Shown: positions 51,443-63,800 of the stretch, in pieces
Numbering within the stretch: the stretch's first letter is position 1
Layout of the letters: every line of letters begins with the position of its first letter
DNA from: Phallusia mammillata
Lineage: Eukaryota
Length of the DNA stretch: 64,000 nucleotides
NCBI GenBank assembly: GCA_965637545.1
Contig: OZ281497.1
Span: forward strand, 7,068,001 to 7,132,000
Reading direction: 5' to 3'
Made by a program: the position numbers and the translations under genes
The notes under the pieces: generated by a model
Seen by the model: the letters and a program-made list of their open reading frames with translations, nothing else
Databases searched by the model: none
Told to the model about the DNA's origin: nothing

Positions 51443-51556
51443 TAGATTTTTCTAGCCTACGCCTTGCCATATGGTGGTGAATGCTTGGTGACCGGCTGAT
51501 TCGGTATAGCGCCTTCAATGGGCCTGGCGTACTGTGATTGTTGGAACTTTGTAACA

Positions 51557-51562
51557 TTTATT
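51557..51562 (-). terminator. Putative poly(A) signal of the TRPA gene
   Basis: TTTATT on + (AATAAA on -), the first canonical signal I found after the TRPA stop at 51854. Confidence 0.5.
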
Positions 51563-51853
51563 GAAACACAATCTTCACTTTTTCCCATAATTTGCTTTGT
51601 ACATAAACAGAGTTTTGTGATAATCACTACTTACAAAATATCGTTAGGGAGTAATACAATGGATACATAGGAAAGAATTACACTTCATACGCTTCGACAG
51701 ATACAAGTAAAAACACACACATGTGCACAAATAAAATTAAAACGTTTTAAGTCAAAACTAAGGTATTTGTTACAATATTCAGGGTATCATAAAACAAAGT
51801 GAACTGATATCAAGGTTTAAATGTACGCATTTAGTAAACAGATAATGACGTCA

Positions 51854-54800
51854 CTAGTTGGTGGCGTCATTGTCGTCAAGTTTGTTCCCACCGACATCAA
51901 AATGTGACATGATCGTTGACATTATACCTTCCATTGACCTTAAACGGTTGTCAAGGGCTACCATTAAGGACTCGACTTTTTCATCCAGAGATCCCACTTT
52001 CTCTTTAAGGGAGACATCTTGATCTTCGAGCTTGTCGCGCTCGTTCTGGAAATTTGGACAATACAAAAAAACTGAATAAAAATCATGTGCAGTCCCCAAA
52101 ACTCATCAATACATTAAAAATGAGTTCCAACATATAATAAGGCCTTTGTATTTAGCTACACTTTTCAGAAAAGTTGTTTTCCACCTTTTCAGGGTTAAGA
52201 GCTTCTTTGATGGTTAAGTGGTTCAAATTTTTCTCCGAATGCCACCAATGTATAAAAGCAGGCATTTTGCGGTAATAATTTGGGTAATATCGTCGATACT
52301 CATGTAAAACCATACGTCGAATAAACAGAGGCAATGAGTACTGGACATCCAGGGTTAATTTTACCTGCAAAACACATCGTCAAGATATACCATAGCAACG
52401 ACCAAAAGTCACTTTCGGGTAAACGCACATACTGAAGTAAAAATTAGACGAGTAATAAACATCCTTATCATTATGTTACCTTATCTTTGTTTCGGCTGAA
52501 CAAATTGGATAATACGTTTGGAGAAGTATTACTAGCCTGTGGAAAGTGTAGACTTATGTTATCACACCACTTACCTGCATTGTCAAACCTTCAAGTTCTG
52601 CATTTTCTTGCACGCCTTGAATATCGTCGACTGCAAGACCGACCTGTAAACACCATAACATTCATGTATCGTTCTCTGGAATTGACTTGTACTAATCGAA
52701 TGCAAAGTTTGCACTTAAAATTTTTCACACTACTTAACCTAAACAGGTTATCGTGTAGCCTATTAGTTAGTTACTGTACAACAGCTTTGTGCCTACGCGT
52801 TTACCAGCAAGTTCATAAGAATGATGCTCATTATAATGACAAAGACCACGAAGAGAATATAAGATACAGGTCGGTATTTCACCTGTGGAATAAAATGTAA
52901 AGTTGTAAATAATAAAACAACAACAACAACCTACGACGCAAGGACGGCTTTTGCAAACTTACAGTGGAAACACTTATTGTGTGACTGTCTGCTCCAGTCT
53001 CAATCGCCTCAGCTTCAGCCACAAAAATGTCTTCAAATCCAAGATCCCCGGTCATCATGAGTGAAGTCTTGATCAACGCGTTCCACCATTCTCGAAACGC
53101 ATACTATGCCACAAACAAAATTTTTCCAAAAAATTAAAAGAGGCACTAAACTCTAAGTATAGATTTATTTACCAGTAGCTTTACAAAATTACGAATGATG
53201 TTGAAATAAAGTAGACATTTTATTACTTCCGAATTTCGAAACACCAGAACATTTACATGAGAAAAGGCCTCTGAGGAAACGTTGTGCAACAAAATGTCTG
53301 CGTTTCAGTCTACAACATTGTCTTTAGGTTTGGAAGTTTGTTTTCAATCAAACTAAACTGGAACGATATGCAAAAATGGCATGTGACTCACCTGGTTTTG
53401 TAGCAAACAATGAAAACTGAACGCAAAGCCCACTATGAACAGAAGGAAGACGACAAAAAATTTCGTAAATGTCTGAAGAACTTCGGTAAACATAAGAACA
53501 TAAATACCAAACGTTGGCAGATTTCGTATAAACATGATCAAAACCATCCACGATAGTAAAATGCTGACTGCTCCAACCTGCCACTGCCAATCCTGTCAGC
53601 AACAAAAGATTTAAAGGTGAACGTCTAGCTTGCAGATATTTATAACCCACCTCTCTGACACCTAAGTAGTTTGGTCCAGCTGAACTTGTGTCTGAATAAA
53701 CAGTGAGAATCGCAAGAACGTAAAGCGAAACTTCGAGAAGGTTTGTGAAGTTTTGAAAATAAGTAATCCTTTGCGAGTAAACCTGATATAACTGAAAAAG
53801 ATGTTTATGTTTTTTAATTACAGAAATCCATAGGTTATTAGGCTTATGATTCCAAACAAGCAAAAGGAGCATACTTATCATATAAAACTTAGTTGGATAA
53901 CACATCTGGTTGATGTAAGGAATATGTCATTTTTTTGTTATTTATGTCAAGATTTTTAAAAAAGTTACTGTTTTAAATATGACAATATTACCAGGTATAT
54001 GGAGCACAGTATATACTATCTGTTTAACTCGATTGTGAATTTAAACGGTTGTTGGTTGAGATCATTGTTGTGTTATGTAATATGTAATGTTAATTGTCCA
54101 TAGATTAACATATACATTTTATCACCTCTTTTAATAAACTAATTGCTGAAAGGACAATGACAAAATATTTGGCAACAATTCCAAATGAGTTGTAGTCATA
54201 ACAATGTCCAAATGTCGGTTGCGCTTCAGTGATTATTGCCACGCATGATGATGTCACGTTGCCCGAATCTGTGTGGAAATTAGCTGTTCTTTTTTGGATC
54301 GCGTTTATTCTTAGAGTGCAAAAAACTTTCGTTAAAATTGCTAGCAGCCCTGCAACTGCCTCAATATGGTTATAGTTTAAGGGTTTATAGTTATTTGAAT
54401 AAAGTTATGCGTCAACGCAACTTTGTGTGTGTCGAGACACTAAACTTACCAATAGAATATGGGGGAGGCATCGACAACATGTACATGTTAAAAAATACCA
54501 TGAACATCAAGTAGAGCGACAAATTGAGACAATACACAAGCCTCACAAACTTTTTCCACTTGTAATTTAACATACTGACAACCAGTGGGTGGCGCAAGAG
54601 ATTCTTTCGTTTTGCTTCAACCTGTGTACAGAAATTACCATACATGTCTTACATAACTTAAAATCAGCAAGAAGCTGTAGGTCATAACTAGCGCATCAAA
54701 TTATATTTACCATAATGTTTAATGGATGGTTTTTCTTGAGAAAGTTTGAATCATTAGAGTATGGAACTGCACCTTTGTCGTTCACATCTTCCTGTTAAAA

Positions 54801-57800
54801 CAATATATTTTTTAGTGTTTCCTATATATGTTACTAGTAAATTCAATTTCGAGTATTTAAAAGATACAAATTTGAAGCACCACAGGAGAAGTTTAACCGG
54901 AACAGCTCAACCTCGAAAATCATGTCAAAGGGCAACTGTATAGTAAAATTTTAAATGTCAGAAAAAAATATGGGTTTAAATAAAAAGTAAAATGTTGCTG
55001 TGAATTTGTTTGAAAATTAAACTAGAACCTTGTCATCTTCATTGTCTCCAGACCAACTCGTACTGAAAAATTCATCATCCAAAAATTCGTAATCAAATGT
55101 AACCTGTATAGATAAACAAATTCAAGAGACAACCCATAAGAGAATAAACGCAAGCAGTAATTTTCGGCAACTTAAAATTAAAACTTAAAATTTTGAAACT
55201 AAGACCGAAATATTTGTTTTTACCTCGTATAATTCATCTTCAACAGGAATATCTTCAATTTTAATGAATTTTGCAAAAACTTCTTCAGCAATCATCGGCA
55301 TCTTCCTGATCAACTTTCTCATTGGGGTGTCATTAAACTCATCATCAACTGTCAAAAAATAATGAAAATGATTGCAGAGAAAGTATGTTTGCCCAGGTAC
55401 ATAAACAGGAACACAGATGATACAAAATATTAGCAAAGTTAGCTCTTTAAAGCAAGTGTTTTATCATCTATAATGGCATTGTAACGTCCCGTGAACGCGC
55501 CCCGGTTATAGCGCGGAACGTCACACGAGGAGAGAATTGAAACGCGATTCCTAATAGCCTCCAACAACCAGTCCACACAGATAGATGTTTTGCTGATCTT
55601 ATTAGGCGAATTCTTTGAATGTAGGACGATGAAAACGAATAGGAAACGTATAGGAAACGTATAGGAAACGGTTTCTGCATAAAGCATGACATTAACACAC
55701 TGCGCTTTAAATGCAGAAATATAGCACAAATCTTACCAACTGTTGTGGTAACCGGAGAGAGTAAATAGCACGGGTATTCAACTCGCATCAATTACTGGTA
55801 CACACCTAAACGTACAATAACATATATCACCACACTGCGCCTTTATGACGTCACACACAGTTCTTACCAAGCTATGTTGGGCGACAGTACAGAATAAGTC
55901 ACGCTTCACGTGAAGATAAAACAGAAATACTGCGTAAACAAAATGCAACTTAAGCACCTTGTCTAAACCCAATTACACGTACAGTACAACTATTACAAAG
56001 CGAATGACATATTAGGTCATTGCGGTTAAGATTACATTCATTACAATAATTCACATTTTGGAGTCATTAAACACATATGTACAAAGTGACTCACCAATAA
56101 TCGTCAACACGACAATAAATAGCCTTTTCTAATTCAACCGACGCAGCACCGTGCTCCACGGAAGTCAGCAACGAAAAGAACTGAACCACGTTGCGTTATC
56201 ACACAAAACTGGCAGCCGATTATTACGTCACACAACGCCATAGATTACAACACAAGTTGTACTGAGGAAATGCGGGAATCAATAGAAATCTGCAATTACT
56301 GGCAAATAAGATGTAACATACCCCCCCACAATGTACGAATCCAAGGAGTACATTTACAACACAACACAAACATCGGCAGTAATTGCGAACACAATAAACA
56401 CACAACTAATCACGCATCGCGGCATAGCAAGCACAATTTTGCAATTGGGCGTCTGAGTGCTCCAGTGTGAGTCTTGACGATCACCTGACGCACTACTCCC
56501 TTCCGATCAGGAAGCACATCGGTCACGCGACCCAGAAGCCATTTGCTCCTAGGCTGATTATCATCCGCTACAAGCACAATGTCGCCGACCGTGAAATTAG
56601 AATGTCCATTTGCCCACTTCGATCTGGGCATTAGCGTCGGCAGGTACTCGCGCGACCATCGCCGCCAAAATTGGTCGGCCAAGTATTGTACTTGGCGCCA
56701 ACGGTTACGATGGAAACAGTCCTTCCCCGTAAACAGTCCAGGGGACATATTCGGCGCTGCACGTTGCAGCAGTAGGTGATTTGGTGTAAGGGGCTCCTCA
56801 TCCTTCGAATCGAACGTCACCGGAACCAAGGGACGAGAGTTCAGGATGGCCTCGACCTCCACCATCAGCGTCATCAATTTCTCATCGGACAATGTCTGCT
56901 CCGAAAGCAGAGCGTTGAGAATTTTGCGCACAGAGCGTATCATTCGCTCCCAAACCCCACCCATGTGGCTGGCAGTGGGAGGATTGAAGCTCCACGCAAT
57001 ATCACGTTGTTGCAGATATTTGTAGATCTGCCTTTGATTCCACCTGTTCAGCTCTTCGCGCAGGATGCGCTCAGCTCCAACGAAGTTTGTGCCGTTGTCG
57101 CTGTAGATCTGGTCTGGTCGTCCTCGACGACCGATGAAACGTCGGAGAGCTCCGATAAAGGAGTCCGTAGACAGTGAATGCGCTATCTCGATGTGCGCGG
57201 CCCTGGTGGAGAAACAGCTAAAGATGCACCCGTACCTCTTTACCTCACTTCGTCCTTGCTTCACAAGGAAAGGTCCAAAGTAGTCGACACCGACCACTGA
57301 GAACGGCGGCTTATTGGCCTGCAGTCTCGCAGCAGGAAGGTCTGCCATCATCTGTTTGCCCAGAGAGCCATTTCTTCGTCGACAGGAAACACACTTGCCG
57401 AGAACACGACGAACCGCTACCCCTCCTTTGATGATCCAGTAGCGTTGCCTGAGAGACGACCATGTGTGTCCCATTCCAGAATGGCCAACCTCGTCATGCT
57501 GCTGCATAATCACCAGGTCTGTAAATCGATGGTCGTATGGAAGAATCATCGGATGCTTCACATCAAACTCGACACATGCACGCTCGAGCCTTCCACCAAC
57601 TCTCATAACTCCATTGACAAGAATTGGGTTAAGCTTTCCAAGAACCCTCTTTTTCTTTGGTAAACGAACAGGTTCGCCTTTGGCCTTTGACATCGCAGCC
57701 ATAACGTCTGGGAAACTTCGTCTCTGCACATACTTTACAATCTCAAGCTCGGCAGCCTTGAGTTCAACAACGGTCAGTTGCCCAGTAGGTGCTTGATACT

Positions 57801-60800
57801 TGGCAGGAAACCTCCTTGACATCAACATCGATTTGAATCTGAGCAACCAGCTTACAGCCCTTTTCAGCCGATTGAGTGATGAATATCTGGCAATGAGTCG
57901 ATCCGTAGCGGATTCGCTGGCGACCAGACAAACGGTTTGAGTTTCTTTCTTTAACAAAAGAAATTCGATTGGCAATGACGACAAGTCCGGACAGGTAGGC
58001 CATCCATCTTCTTGCTCCCAGAGAAACTGGGGTCCAGTAAGCCATCGGCTGGACCTAAGGAATTTATTCACACTGAGTCCACGAGACGCCTCGTCCGCTG
58101 GATTTACCTTGGTGCTGACGTGTCTCCATTGACTAGGCCGGGAAACATCCTCGATTTTGGCCAAGCGATTTGCAACAAACACTGGAAAGCGCTTATTGCA
58201 GTTGCGAATACTTTGAAGAACCGCAGTCGAATCCGTCCAGAACACGGATTGGCATTCGTCTAGTTGCAGCTCCTTTCTTACAAGTTGATCCAACTTCGCT
58301 GCAACAACGGCCGCCGTCAACTCCAAGCGGGGAATCGAACATGTCTTCAGGGGGGCAACGCGTGCCTTGCCTATTACAAACGAGCAGTGAATGCGTCCTC
58401 GCTCGTCTACCAGCCTCAGATAGGTCACCGCACCGTAAGCTGTAGATGACGCATCTGCAAAATGGTGCAATTCCGTTTTTCGCACCTTACCAAAATCGTG
58501 GGGCTTCACGCATCTTGGTAGAACGACGTCTCCTAACCGCGGTAGTTGCTGCAACCATTTTGCCCACGATTCGGAGTCTTCATCGGAAAGAACGTCATCC
58601 CATCCCAGCTGCTTTCTGCAGAGATCTCTTTGCATAGTCTTGGCCACCACGATCACAGGCGCTGCAAAGCCAAGAGGATCGTATAAGGAACTTACCACCG
58701 ACAGGATTGTCCTTCTGGTGTAGGCTGTAGGCTGCTTTACATCGACATTGAAACCGAACTCGTCCGACGAAACGTTCCATCGAACACCAAGTACCCTCTC
58801 GCAGGAGGAACCATCCACGTCCAGCTCCTTCACCGATTTAGCCCGTTCCTCTTCATCAATAGACGCGAGAACTCGCTCGCTGTTGCTAAGCCACTTGGTT
58901 AGCCGAAATCCCTTCTTCTTGAGAAGTGCACAAATACCTTTGACCAACTGAACTGCTTCTGCTTCAGTCGACACGGATTTTAAACAGTCGTCAACGTAGA
59001 AATTCCTTTCTACCGTCTCGACGACTTCCTTTGGAAATTCGCTTCGCAAATCATTAGCGGCTTGTTTAAGACAAAAACTCGCGCAGGAAGGGGAAGAAGT
59101 TGCTCCAAACAAATGAACGAGCATCCTGTGCGCGGTGGGCTTCTTCGACACATCGCCATCAGGCCACCACAAGAACCGAAGCGCATCGCAGTCTGTCGGC
59201 TTCACACGTATCTGATGAAACATGGCCTCGACGTCGGCGACAAGAGCTACCTTTTCCATCCGAAATCTTGAAAGAACTCCTACTAAGGAATTGGTCAGAT
59301 CCGGACCCTGGAGTAAAGCATCATTCAACGACTGGTCGCGGTATTTGGCAGCACAGTCAAAAACTACCCGTACTTTCCCGGGCTTGTGTGGATTTGTAAC
59401 AGGGTGATGCGGCAGGTACCATACTACCTCTGCAGACTGTTTCTCATCTGGAACTTCTTCGGCATAGCCCTTAGCTATGTAACCCTGTACCGTCTTTGTA
59501 TACGCATCGCGTAGCACGGCGTCGCGTCTCATGCGACGTTCCAAAGAACCCAAACGATTTAGCGCCATGTCCCGGTTGCACCGAAGCGGTTGTGCGTTCG
59601 GGCGCCATGGCAACGGCAACTCGTAATGACCTTGCTTGAATTGCACACTGGTTTTCATTTTATCTAAGACGTACCGGTCTTCACGCGACATAGGCATCGC
59701 GTCGGCGTTAGTATCTTGAAAGTCGGTCTTCCACATTCGCTCTAACTTCTCGTGCAGCGAATCATTGGCAACTTGAGTAAAGTTGACGGAAAACAAACCA
59801 GTTGACTTGTTAGAGACAGGTCCTGCCAATGCCCATCCCAGTGGAACTTTAAATGCAACAGGTTGCTTCGGTTTTCCCTTTCGTACCTCTTGCACGAGAA
59901 AGGCCTCTGGAACGTCCAGCCCGATGAGCAGCAAAGCTTCACTGCAATCTACCTGTGGGAATGACAGGTCTCTGATATGTGGAAGCGCATCTAATTCCGC
60001 GTTTCTCGGAAACTTGTTGGCGGTAATAGGCAGACAATCAACAGCGAACACCTCGGGGAGTTCAACAGTTGTGGAGCCATCAAGCGAAGCAACAGATAAA
60101 TTTACTCTTTTGCCCTTGCGCCTGCGACTGTCCCCGTTGACCGTTTTAAGCGTCACGTTGCTCGCTTCACCTCGTAGACCAAGCTTGTCTGTCAGTTTTT
60201 TGTCGCACAAAGTAATGCCCGAGCCAGTATCTAAAAGAGCGTAAGTATCTACAGTCCTACCGTTAGCACGGACTTTGACCGCAACCATCATCAAGTTGAC
60301 GCTCTGTCTACCAGAGGAAGCATGACAGTCCTTTCCAATCGCCGACACAACCGAACAAACTGTCCGTTCCGGCGCAGGTCCTTTGACAGGAGACTCGTCC
60401 TCTCTCTTCTCTGGCGGATGCAATAAGGTGTGATGGGCTTCATTGCAGTCCCTGACGGTACACGCTTTGGGGCTGTTGCACTTAGTAGCAAAGTGCCCAA
60501 ATCTGAAACAATTATCACAGAGTCTGCGGCGCCGGGTGACGCGCAGACGATCACGGTAACACCGGGATTTAAATTCCTCGCATTTAGCAAGCACGTGATT
60601 TCCCGAACAGCACTGACAGAGCGGGGCAGTGGGAAAATGAGAAGGTCCGGCACGAGCCTTAGGTCTAGATTCTTGTTCGCTTACAACAACATGACTGGAA
60701 GCCTTTACATGACCACTTTTACCTTTCGCCTTCTTAGCTTCGTTGCGATGCTCATCGAGCATGCGGCTGAACAACGAATTTGCAATCCGATCCTCAGTTT

Positions 60801-63800
60801 CCACAAAGTCGACAAGATGCTCAAACAAAGGTTCACGGCCAGTATCTCTGAGAATTTTCTCAACACGCCGTTTCCAAGCCTCTTGCATCTTGAACGGTAG
60901 ACGATTCACAACAGCAATCAACGTAGGGTAATTATTCATCTCGGAATGCTCGTCAATGTCTGAAAGCGTAAGTAAACAATCGCGCAGCGACTGCGCAAGC
61001 TCGCTTAAACCAGCAGCATCGTTCGGTCGCAATTCTGGACCGTTGACAACACACCTTACACATGCATGAGCGATTATATGTGACTTGCCAAAGTGGTCGT
61101 ACAGTAACTGCCTCGCTTGTTGGTACCCGTTTTCCTTTAGTCTAAAGCAGTGTTCAATCAATTTACGGGCCTTGCCATCACAATGCTGCGCCAAATACGA
61201 CAATTTGGCACCATCGTCGTCGACCTTGTCGTCGATACGAGAATCAAAATTGCGGACAAACTTCCAATAGTCCATTGGATTGCCATCAAAAACGAGAACT
61301 TTAGGCTTCGGTCTGTTTATGTGCTTTACAAGTGATGCAATCTCATTGTCATGCACGCCAGTTGGCTTGACCGAATCATATGTACAAATACTATTTACAA
61401 TTGGGTTTGTTGCTGTGAACGAACCTCTTTCGTCAAACGAAGATTTAATTTTGGGCACATATTGGGACAGGGGCTCTGACGGAGCAACATAGTCAACCAC
61501 ATACCGCTGATCAGGAGGGCTTCGCTGCGACGTGACAGGCGGTGACGTGAACAATACGCGGCGTTGATCCCCGAGCGGCTCCTCCAGGGGAGGCGTGGTC
61601 GATTCACCAGAACCTTCCTTCACCGTCACGTACTCCGTGTTTCCTGACATCTCATCCCAAACTTTCTCCTCGACCTCTGCGGCTTGTAGCTGGTGCTGCA
61701 GTTCTAGCATTTCCATGCTGTCCTTTTGGCGCTGTTCTTCTTCAGCACGACGGATTTCTTCCTCGGCACGTCGCCTTTTCATTTCTTGCTGCTGTCTGGC
61801 CAGCTCCTGCTTCTGCGCAGTCTGCTGAATGGCAAGACGCGCGAGCTGTGTCGTTACTTTAACTCTAGTTCTACTATTAGTCGAAGAACTAGAGCGCCTA
61901 CTTCGTCCGCAGAACGAGTCGTTGTCCTTTGGACTCTTATCACCGCTTCCACTCGGACTAGCCATGTTAACAGGTAAAACACTGGTAGATGGAGAATTTA
62001 CCTCGAGAACCCAGTGAGAGACTCGGTCATCGAATTCGGCCTTGTTTTTCCTTATGCTTGCTAGTTCGTCGGCAAGATCGGGATGCGCCTCGTAGGCAGC
62101 AACAGCATCGATAAAAAGATGTTCAAGCGCAACCAAAACCGTCTCGAGCACCTGCTTGTTGCGGTGGTCCTTCATCAGACACTCGGCGACTAGGTATTGT
62201 TCACTTAGGCGTCGACGACAATCAGCGACCGCTTCAGGAGTTGTAACGTTTGATTGGCTCATCTTGGACGGCTTAAATATTCAACAAACGGTTAAACTTG
62301 TCTTCAACACACAGTTGAAGCTTATTTCAAAAAGCAGTTGAAACTTGATTTCAACTGCAGATTGTGTTCAACACCCAGTTGAAACTTGATTTCAACTGTA
62401 TTGTTCTGTTCAACTAACAGTTGAAACTTTCTTTCAGGAAGCAGTTGAAACTTGATTTCAACTGCAATTGTCTTCAACACACAGTTGAAACTTTCATGTA
62501 ACGTCCCGTGAACGCGCCCCGGTTATAGCGCGGAACGTCACACGAGGAGAGAATTGAAACGCGATTCCTAATAGCCTCCAACAACCAGTCCACACAGATA
62601 GATGTTTTGCTGATCTTATTAGGCGAATTCTTTGAATGTAGGACGATGAAAACGAATAGGAAACGTATAGGAAACGGTTTCTGCATAAAGCATGACATTA
62701 ACACACTGCGCTTTAAATGCAGAAATATAGCACAAATCTTACCAACTGTTGTGGTAACCGGAGAGAGTAAATAGCACGGGTATTCAACTCGCATCAATTA
62801 CTGGTACACACCTAAACGTACAATAACATATATCACCACACTGCGCCTTTATGACGTCACACACAGTTCTTACCAAGCTATGTTGGGCGACAGTACAGAA
62901 TAAGTCACGCTTCACGTGAAGATAAAACAGAAATACTGCGTAAACAAAATGCAACTTAAGCACCTTGTCTAAACCCAATTACACGTACAGTACAACTATT
63001 ACAAAGCGAATGACATATTAGGTCATTGCGGTTAAGATTACATTCATTACAATAATTCACATTTTGGAGTCATTAAACACATATGTACAAAGTGACTCAC
63101 CAATAATCGTCAACACGACAATAAATAGCCTTTTCTAATTCAACCGACGCAGCACCGTGCTCCACGGAAGTCAGCAACGAAAAGAACTGAACCACGTTGC
63201 GTTATCACACAAAACTGGCAGCCGATTATTACGTCACACAACGCCATAGATTACAACACAAGTTGTACTGAGGAAATGCGGGAATCAATAGAAATCTGCA
63301 ATTACTGGCAAATAAGATGTAACAGGCATTGTTTGCCAACCTGGGACGTTACTGAAAACAATGAAGAAATTACTTCTCTATATACACCGACGAAAACGTT
63401 CACCTACAATTATATTTATCTTTGCTACTTCTGTTTCTTAAAGCTTTTTGTTTTTCTTTCTCTATTATCAGACGAGCACATGATTCATTTCTAAACTCAA
63501 TCGCAAAATCCAACGCATTCCATCCTTTGCGCCCGGAACGAAGAGATACATCAGCTTTCCATCTGTTAAAAACAATCATGGACTTGAGCAATGACTCTTT
63601 GTTTTAAAGTCGTTGAGCAAAAACACAATGTTTTGGTCAGACTAGGTTATACGGTCAATGTCTTCTTCAGTCACCAGTTTGTGGCTAAAAAAGTTTTGTG
63701 ATTGCAAAATTAATTGTAGCCCATAGATGAGTAAATATGTTTTTTTGTAAAAAGATAAGCTTATTTTAGTCATTGGATGCGTGAACCACTTATAGCTACA

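Larger units (their letters stand above)
51004..51539. mobile_element. Palindromic twin-tRNA element (fold-back, SINE-like), 536 bp
   Basis: Inverted arms 51083-51286 and 51336-51539 (204 bp, 3 mismatches) around a 49-bp spacer, plus a unique 79-bp tail at 51004-51082. Direct repeat GTTGGAACTTT (11 bp, up to 13 with TT) at 50993-51003 and 51540-51550. Confidence 0.85.
55480..63324 (-). mobile_element. Full-length Bel/Pao LTR retrotransposon, 7845 bp, in a TRPA intron
   Basis: TG..CA LTRs at both ends; 5-bp TSD GGCAT at 55475-55479 and 63325-63329; polypurine tract GGGGGGTA (- strand) beside the 3' LTR; single intact gag-pol ORF. Confidence 0.97.

Noticed and set aside
54269-54360. Longer version of the TRPA S1-S2 exon
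   Set aside because: Upstream acceptors are weaker and one frame hits a stop; the acceptor at 54269 has a pyrimidine tract and a CTAAT branch-like motif and gives the right phase.
55439-56470. ORFs inside the LTRs (also 62474-63494)
   Set aside because: Alternative-start ORFs with no recognisable motifs, duplicated only because the LTR is duplicated.
56579-62341. Many short plus-strand and off-frame ORFs over the polyprotein
   Set aside because: Antisense shadows of a GC-rich long ORF.
62301-62496. CRISPR-like array
   Set aside because: Spacers are short, irregular and themselves repetitive; no cas genes; eukaryotic retrotransposon leader context.
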